From positions 1 to 33,154 of the forward strand of contig JAVECL010000246.1 of assembly GCA_051942245.1 (NCBI GenBank): a stretch of 33,154 nucleotides of DNA. The letters are read 5' to 3'. Numbering within the stretch: position 1 is the first letter of the stretch; every line of letters begins with the position of its first letter. Shown piece by piece: positions 1 to 9,070 of the stretch. Made by a program: the position numbers and the translations under genes. The notes under the pieces were generated by a model that did no database searches, was not told the DNA's origin, and saw only the letters and a program-made list of their open reading frames with translations. The stretch comes from Trypethelium eluteriae. Lineage: Eukaryota.

Positions 1-135
1 GGGCAGTGGGTGGGTGGGGTGCCGAGTATTGTGCGAGGAGCCATTGGAGCAGAGAGCATGACGGGGGATGATCACTGGGTCGGGGGTTTGAATGGGTTGT
101 TGAAATTTAACTATCCCTTTGGGGGGGAGGCCTGA
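1..135 (+). CDS. Possible 3' end of a gene entering from outside the window (product unknown)
   Basis: Frame 1 is open from base 1 (GQWVGGVPSIVRGAIGAESMTGDDHWVGGLNGLLKFNYPFGGEA) to TGA at 133-135. It is G-rich and followed by more AT-rich, UTR-like sequence. No family recognised. Confidence 0.35.
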   Translation, partial: GQWVGGVPSIVRGAIGAESMTGDDHWVGGLNGLLKFNYPFGGEA

Positions 136-734
136 TGATCACAAAGCTTGCCCTTCCTGTACTGTACATACTACAAGCTGCATGATGCGCCTTACGTCTT
201 ATCTGCATAGGCATAGGCATCAAATTGTACAATGTGTCACATAGATGGTACCGAAACTGCTACGATGCTGATCACAATTGCGTCTCGTGCAGGACGCGGC
301 ACCGTCGTGCATTCGAAGGATCGAGAACTGCAGGGGCTCAGCGTTCTTGGAGTTGAGTGTATTTCTGCCGTTGCTTTAACAGTCCGGTAACTACCGAAAA
401 GTCGACGGCAAGAAGCGGCAAAACGGGCGCATGTGAATAACTGCATGTGAATAGATAGCGAAGAGGGAAGATGGCATCTGCAATAGGTAGTTGATAGACC
501 GACCAAGACTCTACGAATATTCCTGCAAGGGCGCGATTCCTGTATTTGAGAAAGTGGAACGATTCTTGCGGTTGACCTTCGAGAGATCATTACCCCGCAG
601 TGCCCGCTTCGGGGGAATTTTGCGGCTCCCCGACGCTTCGTCACGACATGCCCCTCTTACAACCAAAATACTTCCGCCAAGACTTGTCCTTTCTCAGCCT
701 AGCGATTTTGATACCTTATGGGTCTGAAGGGTTG

Positions 735-749
735 AAAAAAAAAAAAAAA
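735..749. repeat. Poly(dA) tract (A15) just upstream of the oxidoreductase start
   Basis: Run of 15 A ending ~80 nt before ATG 828. Poly(dA:dT) tracts are common nucleosome-excluding promoter elements in fungi. Confidence 0.6.
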
Positions 750-827
750 CCTGTCCAGAATTTGCATCCTGGTAGAGAATAGCGACAAGGGAGATCAAGG
801 GTGCTGTACAGTGAGAAGTTCTTCACT

Positions 828-1999
828 ATGAGCAAGACGTACAATATCGGTGTCATAGGTTATGGGTTTGTCATTTCCGTCTTTCAACTATCTCACAGAA
901 TTTACTGAAGTACGACAATGATGAACGGGACTTACTATTCACGCTTCCTAGCATGGCCGCCAAAGTCTTCCATATTCCTCTCATCGCCGTTACGCCATCC
1001 ATGAAGCTCCATACCATTGTGCAACGCACACCAACAGCCTCGAACTCTGCCTCAAAGGATCACCCCGGAGTCAAAATCGTCCCATCCGTCGATGAACTCT
1101 TCGCTGATCCGGAGATCAACATTGTGATCGTGACATCGACACCTGAAACGCATTTCTCCTTCACGAAGGCTGCACTAGAAGCAGGAAAGCACGTGCTGGT
1201 GGAAAAACCCTTCGTGCCCACCGCTGCAGAAGCGCAGCGGCTGATAGAAGTCTCTCAGCAAACGAAGAAGCTACTCTGTGTATACCAAAATAGGCGGTGG
1301 GATACGGATTTCCTCACGTTCCGGAAGCTGCAGAGGGAGGGAACGTTAGGTCGACTGGTCGAGTTCGAAACTCATTTTGATCGCCACCGACTTGACCGCC
1401 CCGAGACATGGAAGGGTACTCTAGGGATGGATCAGGCGGGAGGCGTGGTATATGATCTTGGCACGCATCTGATTGACCAAGTGGTGGTCGCGTTTGGTAT
1501 GCCACAAGAGGTTACTGGAGTTTTAGCGAACCAGCGCGGCGATGAGGGCGAACCAGACTCGATGACTGCGCTGCTGAGATATACACAAGGAAAGGAGAAG
1601 GGCCTGTTAGCGACAGTGAAGGCTGCTGTCATCAGTCCTGAGACGGCGCAATTGAGGTATTGGGTGCGAGGGACAAAGGGAAGCTTCAAAAAGTATCATT
1701 TGGATGTGCAAGAAGACCAACTGAAAGCAGGAATGAAGCCTGGTGATGAAGGATACGGCATTGAGAGCAATGACATGTCAGGGAGGTTGGTCGTCATGGA
1801 AGGAGACACGCCAAAAGAGAGCATCTGGACAAACGTGGAACCGGAGTCTTACGCGGCATTGTATCAACAATTTGCCAAAGCGATAGACCAAGGGGCTTCG
1901 GAAGCAGTCCCGGTGAAAGCCAGTGAAGCGAGGGACGTCCTACGAATCATCGAGGCTGTGAGGGAAAGTGCTAGGAGCAAGAAGACCATCGTGTTGTAG
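828..1999 (+). CDS. Gfo/Idh/MocA family NAD(P)-dependent oxidoreductase; join(828..865,952..1999)
   Basis: Exon 1 reads MSKTYNIGVIGYG. Removing intron 866-951 (GTTTGT...TAG) restores the Rossmann segment GVIGYGMAAKVFHIP. Family motifs AGKHVLVEKP, YQNRRWD and YDLGTHLIDQ are present. Confidence 0.93.
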
Positions 2000-3065
2000 T
2001 AGCAGAATCGCCATTGTAACGGACAGTTTTCCTAGGGGGGGACGGACAACATCCATGGCTTGTTGAGACTGCTAAGAATCCTTTACCCCGCCATTCTTTG
2101 CACTGAGTGATCCAGTCGGTAAAGCAATAATGCGAAATTTTAGTCCGTCGCGCTGCGCGGAAAAGGAGACGAGAGGAAGTCGGTTCGACGAAGGCCAATA
2201 TTGTCGTTGTCAAATTTCTCAAATACCAAGTACACAGACCCTCTCGGCAGTCCAATCTGGCATGTAGTCCCGCTTGTTTGCATGCAGCGGCGTATGGTAT
2301 CGCATCCAAGCTGACTTCGAGATGCGTCCTTCCGCCCGTAGGATTGGCTCTCGATTCTCGATTACGAACAAAATCGTGGCATGCCTGGTGGAAACTAATG
2401 CTTGCTGGCTTGACAGAGCGCTGGTGTACTCCGTACGGAGACTGTACGGACGGGTTCTCGCAGCGTGCGCTAAAGCGTCGATCGAAGATGTGAGGTTCCA
2501 AATTAAAAATACATACATCTTGACAGAAATCCACAGATCAACGCAGTGGCGAAAATCTCCCGGAATTGGTAATGTTCTTACCATTTTTGATCCTTCGCCT
2601 GAACGCCACGACGCGTATGCAGGTGTAGGCAGGGAACGGGAGCGTGGGCAGTCCCGCAGCTTTTGCTTTGACGTGTTTGAATGGCTACGATGGTAATTTC
2701 ACGTCAACAATAGAGGTGAAAGATGTAGATTCCAGCTGTCTTAGTGCCCAGATGGTGGCAAGCCAGCCGTCACCCGATTGGGTAACTTCGCGACTCACGA
2801 CTCCGGTCGCTGACTCGAATATGGCCAATGTCTGCTATCGAGTGATAGTCTGTAAGGTCCTTCCAGTTGTTACCCAAACGAGTCAGCTACGTCTTCACAC
2901 CTGGGACTGGCGGGCCAATCAATCCTTTTCCCCCCCCAAGAAGTGAGGTTGAAAAAAAGTTATCCGATCTTCATTAGGCGGAAGTTACTTGGTCAGGCGA
3001 GAGTTTCTTTTGCCAGCCCCCGTGGTTTGACAACGGCCGCTAAGCCTGTCGCAATCTGCATTGGT

Positions 3066-3074
3066 AAACTTTAA
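3066..3074 (-). promoter_or_regulatory. Candidate Wor1/WOPR binding site (TTAAAGTTT on the minus strand)
   Basis: The + strand reads AAACTTTAA, the reverse complement of the known Wor1 9-nt core. It sits in the long region upstream of the WOPR gene. Function is inferred only. Confidence 0.35.
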
Positions 3075-6069
3075 AAAAGTTGCGGAGACAACGCAGAGGG
3101 TGCAGAGGGTCATTCGGTCAGAACGATCTCCTAACGATGCTTTCTTTTGCAGGGCCACTTTTAACATGTCCGTCTGTCTAGGCCTTCGTCGCATGATGCA
3201 GAGAAACGGCCTTCGTCGCTCTGTCAAACTGGGTTCGGCAATCTTGGCGGCTTGGCTCGTGCACCCTCCGCATTGAACATGTACGATAAATGCGAAATGG
3301 CAGTCATGGTGGTCAGGGTAAAATACGCTACGTCATCCATTCTCAGAGATTGGTGGACTATCTCCCAGATTCCGTCGGACCCTGGATGGGCGTAGACGAA
3401 AGGCACGGGTCAGTGGGGAGATCCGGCTCGCATTGTGGTCATGATCAATGATGGATGGGTATGGATGGCGCTATTGGACCTGTCGGTGCTGTGCCTCTGT
3501 CGTTGATGATGACGACGCATTGATTTCCAAAGCATCATAAAGCATTGCATTCTTACTTCGGCTCTCCACTCAGGATCGTGTGTGCGCGAACAGCGTATGC
3601 ACTTACAATGAATCCAAGACTAGACGCGCCTCGAACAATACCTTCGGTAAGCTATCACGGAAGTCAGAGCCAGTGCCTGACTGGCTGTGGAGGGCTAGGT
3701 CGGGTTTCGCTGGGCAGAGCAGAGCACCTGGCCCAAAACTGTGGGAATTACGAGCACCTTCTAGAATCCAATTGCACCTCTTCTTGTTTCTGACGGTCTC
3801 GGGTATCATTTCCCCAGGCGATTGTTGAGATTTTGGACAACGAACCCCAGGTCGAGGGTCTCTCAGCTTGAAACTGAACGCTCTGATGTGTGTGCATGGG
3901 CTGCGGATAACTCCCTGTCGTGTTTGGAGAAGGAAAAATGTGGGGTTTCAGTAATTAGACATGGATGGTCCCCGTCGAGTTGGGCGCCGAGAGTGAAATC
4001 GATGGTTGCGCACAGCTCCTGTTGAGTCTCTGACTTCGCAACTTTTTCCAGGTTGCAATAATGAAAGGGAGCAGCATCAGGGGAAGGAAAGGGACGGCAG
4101 ACGCTGATGAAGAGCGCCATAAGGAGCAGCTAGACGTCATGCAACCAGACTGACTAGTTAGCAGAGAGTAGAGACGACAGTCGGGCCTATCTGATGATCA
4201 TCCGAGATGTTCCACTGGGATTGTGGGTGACAGGGGGCGAGACATTTTGGGTCCGTTTCACAACGGTCTTGCCCTTTCGGACGGGCAGGAGAAGTCCTTT
4301 CGGAAGAGTCGAAAAATTCGTGGTCGCCGACACAGACAGACGACTACCTACCTAAGTACAGTACCTCTTCACTAACGAATGCATGGGCACGTGCAGGAAC
4401 GGATTGCAGAATGTTCGCGCTTGGTTCCATTGGGTACCGTGATACCATTGGCCGATTGCTGCATCTTGTAAGATGGAGGTGGGTACTACTCCGTAGATGG
4501 AGAGGCAACAGGAGGGAAGGAGAGAGAGGTAGAGAGCTTTGCCAGCGTTGCCAGCTTTTCGCCAGCTTTGCCAAGACGGCAGATGAGCGAGAGTCTTAGG
4601 GGTGGCCTGATCCGGACGGAAGAAGAGAGGCTCTGAGGCGGAAGATGCCGTGCTGGGTGGCAAGTGGCAGGGGGCGACCAGGTCCAGGGCTGTCAGGTCG
4701 TGGCCGTGGTCGGCGAGGTCGGTGGAGCCTTGGAGTGTCGCTGGTGGCCGGCGCTGGTGGTCGCTGTCGCTGGAGCTCGGAAGTGCCCAGAACAGAGGCG
4801 TCAGAGGCAAGAGAGGCTAGTTAACGGCCTAGGAGCAGGGTAGCCGGCGATCCCTGCTGCAATTCATCTGCTGGTGTGCTCTGCACTTCTGGGTGTCTGG
4901 GTGTCTGGGTGCTCTGGTGCTCTGCTCTTTTGGCGACGACCATCGTCTGCCGATCCGCTAGCAGCAGCTGCATCTTCGTCACATTACCACGAATCCGTGG
5001 CCCTGACTGTGCCCTTGGTGTCTCGTCGTGCCGGCTGCAGGCCTTCCGATCTGCTACTGCGAACAGCAGAAGCAGCAAGCACCTTAGCACACCAAGCACC
5101 TAAGGACCACGATCACGCCCGCCGCATTCGGCCTGCCCGTGTCCCCTCACGGCCGACGCCGACGCTGCCAAGCGCGCGGATAATGGGCATGGAGGACGAG
5201 TGTCGTCCAAAGTAGGAGAGCACAATGACATGGAGCTAGCATCGATTAGCGGATGGGGGGTGAGATCCTCCAGATCCATCGCGACGCCTCCTCTGTGCTT
5301 GATCTGTCGCGGCCGGCCCCGGGGAGTGGGAGGGGGAGTGGAGTGGCAGTCCTCCGTAGATGCCAGCCCCTGCGCGTCGATGCCAGGCGATGCCAATCAC
5401 CACTCGCCGCCGAGTGGGCTCCCCGGCTGCGGTGAGCCGAGGGCCTGTACGAAGCCCTAATGGCTAGCCAAGGTGGCCGAAGCAGTCTGACATGGATCTC
5501 TCTTGTAGCGCGGCTGCGGGCCGGGATCCAGGGGCACTGATGGGCACTGATGAAGCACTGATGAGCGACGATGGGGCACTTCACCACCTCACCACCTGCT
5601 GGACGAGCGCTCGACAATTCATCCATGCAGCTCGTATTAGTGATAGCGTGTCTGCGCAGGGCTCGCTAGGTCGTCACTCTCCCGCGACCACTGCGGACGG
5701 GCTGCTTGCCCTCCATTCCCCATTCTGGCCCTCATTGACCCTCATGCCCGATTGCGATCGCCTCGCGAGACTTGCAAGCCATGACATGACATGGTCGTCT
5801 GTTATTGCTTGTCCTCCGCCACGCCTCTGTCGTGCTCGTAATCCTCCTCCTCCATCATCATCATTGACCATGCTACACTACTAATCTGCTGCTGCTGCTG
5901 CTGCCATCCGTGCCCATGCTGAGGATCAAGATCTTGACTACATTAAACCACATTAACCTGGACCCCGCCGCTCCTGCGGTTTCTTAAAACCCCCAAGCGC
6001 TTGTTTCAATCATATCACACACTGCGACTGCGACTGCCATAAGCTCGCCTCGTAGGGCCGATTGCACAC

Positions 6070-6110
6070 CCTTTCCACCTTCCTTTCCCTCTCCCTTCCC
6101 TCTCTCCTGC
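6070..6110 (+). promoter_or_regulatory. CT-rich tract, candidate core promoter/TSS region of the WOPR gene
   Basis: Nearly pure pyrimidine run (ctttccaccttcctttccctctcccttccctctctcc), with a second pyrimidine patch and a C14 run at 6300-6313. CT boxes typically precede TSSs in filamentous fungi. Confidence 0.35.
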
Positions 6111-6882
6111 TGGCTGTGGTCAGGCATCCATGACGAACGTCCGGCTCCCGGCCCATGGTTGACCTTGGGACGCACCCGCAAGTCTGTGCAGGCTTCCCCT
6201 CTCGCAATATTGCCCCGGCATTGGACCTCGCTCACGATCAGACGGTGACCCTGCATAGCTGCCCTTCTCTTTATGCTCGAGCCTTCTGCCCCAGCATCAT
6301 CCCCCCCCCCCCCAGAGCTCCCTGACGGACTACCGTGCGCGTCTTTCGGCCCGAGAGCTGTACCTCGACCTTTACCTTTCTCGATCGAGGCGTTCAGAGG
6401 ACGCATTCGGTCCGCTACCAGGCTAGCTTGTCTGTCCAGGCTTAGAATCGGACGACTCTTTGCGGCAAGCCCTCTGTCACGCTACTGCGACGCTGAATCA
6501 CCCAGTGACTCTGGAGGAACGTTCTGAAAGTCCCCCGAGCCACAGGGATCTTGTGTTTGGCCGATATCAACTAAAGGGTCTGGGGTAGCCAACGGCTTCC
6601 GCTGTATATCTTGCATCACTTGCCTTGACTTCATTCAATTATTTCCCCAAAGTGCGGAGTGGTCAACGTTGTCCTCACAAATCAAGTCCTCACCACTGGC
6701 CCATTGACTTTTGCTGGGCCTCCAAACTCTGGCTTCAGACAAACTGATCCAGTGTTGTGATCGAAAAGTTGCGACTGCTTATGTCAATCGTTTGGACCAT
6801 CCACGAATCATTCTTTGATATCCTCACATTCTCAGAATCCGTCGACTGGTTACAGTCTGTGTCGGGAAAGCTTTCTCATCTG

Positions 6883-7094
6883 GTGAGTACGACCGTTAAA
6901 TCTGGGATCCTCAAAAGCGTGGGGCTTGTGAGCTCGCTACCATACCACACCCCATACCTTCAATTTGTACACTCCCAGTGGGGACCATGAACCTCACCTT
7001 CAAGAGTCGCTCACCCTTTTCACCCTTTACACTTTCTGTCTGACTTTTACTCGACTGCAACCCCGATCCCTCGAAAGTGCTAACACTGTCAAAG
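6883..7094 (+). other. Putative 5'UTR intron of the WOPR gene
   Basis: Consensus donor GTGAGT at 6883, pyrimidine-rich interior, branch point GCTAAC at 7079-7084, first downstream AG at 7093-7094 (AAG, a less common acceptor). Confidence 0.5.
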
Positions 7095-7486
7095 CTTGAG
7101 TCCTCACCTCTTCAAAGATCTAGTTCAGCTGAAGCTTCAAGAATCAAGGCCGTTTCGAAGACTGGCTGGACAAGTGACGGACCTTTTGCGCACTTACGGC
7201 TTTTCCGACCATTCAAATTCCGCACTGGTTCACTTTCAGACTGTTAATTCACAGAACAACCATCAGCAAACCTTGCTTGTCCAGGTCGTGTCATTCCTGT
7301 ATCACTACTCTGCTACTTCTACTACCTTTATAAGGGAAGATTCTGCTAGAATCAAAGCTTGCCTCGGATAGATCAAAGTTATCGCAACTGGCTTCAAACC
7401 ATCCATATCGATCATCACGCGCCGAGTCGAAACTTTACCTGGCCCCTGATTTGACTAGCGATAGCCTTTCGCCAACCTTTGCCACA

Positions 7487-9070
7487 ATGTCAACCAGTCG
7501 AGAGCCGGCAATTCCGGAGATTGGGCCCACCTGGCATGGCTACTGCGATTCGACTCAAGATGCTATGTACCTTTTCGAAGCCTGCCTCCAAGGTCAACTC
7601 CCGCACATACCACGACGGCCACAAGATAGGGAAAAGGACGGTATTATCCGTAGTGGTGCAATTTTTATTTACGAGGAGAATGCTTCTGGAATCAAGAGGT
7701 GGACGGATGGGAAGAACTGGAGTCCTAGTCGCATCCTTGGGAATTACCTGCTCTATCGTGAAGTCAACGACAACATCGATCCAAAAGATAAGAAGAAGGC
7801 GAAGAAAAATAGGAAGGGAAAGCAAGATTCTGTAGAAGAGAGGGCTTCTGGAAACTCTTCTCCTAGCTCCCGCCGATCGTCTGAAGGCTTCTCAACCGGT
7901 GGCATTACCACTGAATCCAACGGACCTGCTCCCGCTGTGCAGCCTGTAACAGGACAGAATGCCCCCGACAGAGATGGTGAGCGCAATTATATCGGCTCTC
8001 TCACAGACACCTATTCCTTCAAGCCGGGCGGGCTGGTGAAGAAAACTGCTAGCGTGAGAATCAACGGCGTCCAGCATCATCTGGTCTCTTATTATACCTT
8101 GGAGGACGCAAAAAGCGGAGTATTGAAAAGACCATCACAAGATCCTCGCATCAGTCGGTTAGATCTCCGACAAGAACTGGTGACCTTCAACTGGAGGGCC
8201 CCTATAACCGATAGTCGCGAATTCTATTTTGGACAGCAGCCGTGGGCTTCGACACTCTTCTCTTCGCAATTTGGTATGTCAGGATATCTCATGCAGCAGT
8301 CCTTTCCCATGGGTCAACAATTGAGTCAATATCAAATGCCGGCACAACAACAAGTTCCTCTCTATCAACAACAGGAGACGCAGAGCAATCAGAGGTATAC
8401 TCCACAACAATTGCCAACGCGCCATTCCGCCAGCCGCTCGAACCGTTATGAGCCTTATCCCTCGCCAGCGTTGTCCTTGCATCGAACAACCTCTGTTCCA
8501 ACAACCTCTGAACAGCAATTTTCGCCAGCTACTACTTCTCCAACCGACAACATGCTGCAGCGCCGCCATTCTATGATGGCGCAAGGTCAAGATCAACAAT
8601 TTTCTCAATTGGCGTCAGGCAATCTGGAGAGCGCATCCCAGCAAAGATCACTGATGATGCAGCGTGTACCCGAGTCTCAATATCTGCCTACCACATCATC
8701 GACTTTGGACACTCTTCCCCAACATGGATCCGCTCTCGTGGCGCAGACTTCTGAGCAACAGTTCTCTCCAATCACTCCTGCTACAACGAGCGGTATCAAC
8801 AGTTTTGGAGCTTACGCGCCTAGCGTTGCCACTTCCGACCTCAAGACTGAACAGTTTTCCCAACACCACGATTCCCTGCGCCACGATAGCGCCTATGAAG
8901 CCTTTCCCCTTGGAACAGGACACATGGCAAGAGATGGTGGCTTTCGTGCTGAAAGTTTCCCATCACAACCTCAGGACTCGTACAACTTATACTACGACAG
9001 GACTACTACGATTCCTGAGTGGCAGCAGTACGACAACGTCTCAGCATTCACCGGTCGTACTGCCATGTAA
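7487..9070 (+). CDS. Gti1/Pac2 family (WOPR domain) transcription factor, Wor1/Ryp1/Sge1-like (Gti1 subgroup)
   Basis: WOPRa: PTWHGYCDSTQDAMYLFEACLQGQLPHIPRRPQDRE...SGIKRWTDGKNWSPSRILGNYLLYRE. WOPRb: GSLTDTYSFKPGGLVKKT...HHLVSYY. Basic NLS-like linker and Q/S/P-rich C-terminus. The first in-frame ATG is 7487 (context GCCACAATG); the ORF track starts at an upstream TTG. Confidence 0.95.
   Translation: MSTSREPAIPEIGPTWHGYCDSTQDAMYLFEACLQGQLPHIPRRPQDREKDGIIRSGAIFIYEENASGIKRWTDGKNWSPSRILGNYLLYREVNDNIDPKDKKKAKKNRKGKQDSVEERASGNSSPSSRRSSEGFSTGGITTESNGPAPAVQPVTGQNAPDRDGERNYIGSLTDTYSFKPGGLVKKTASVRINGVQHHLVSYYTLEDAKSGVLKRPSQDPRISRLDLRQELVTFNWRAPITDSREFYFGQQPWASTLFSSQFGMSGYLMQQSFPMGQQLSQYQMPAQQQVPLYQQQETQSNQRYTPQQLPTRHSASRSNRYEPYPSPALSLHRTTSVPTTSEQQFSPATTSPTDNMLQRRHSMMAQGQDQQFSQLASGNLESASQQRSLMMQRVPESQYLPTTSSTLDTLPQHGSALVAQTSEQQFSPITPATTSGINSFGAYAPSVATSDLKTEQFSQHHDSLRHDSAYEAFPLGTGHMARDGGFRAESFPSQPQDSYNLYYDRTTTIPEWQQYDNVSAFTGRTAM
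8480..8803 (+). repeat. Four degenerate 81-nt (27-aa) tandem repeats inside the WOPR C-terminal region
   Basis: Motifs EQQFS, DQQFS, ESQYL and EQQFS begin at 8510, 8591, 8672 and 8753, exactly 81 nt apart. Confidence 0.8.

Noticed and set aside
237..782. Short ORFs upstream of the oxidoreductase
   Set aside because: No recognisable motifs, and they overlap the probable promoter including the poly(A) tract.
1971..2696. Overlapping 120-187 aa ORFs on both strands
   Set aside because: No family motif recognised. A decayed gene cannot be excluded without a database search.
4344..6527. Many 60-150 aa ORFs in the GC-rich region upstream of the WOPR gene
   Set aside because: Low-complexity Arg/Pro/Ser translations on both strands are expected from high GC. 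No domain or consistent exon structure was found.
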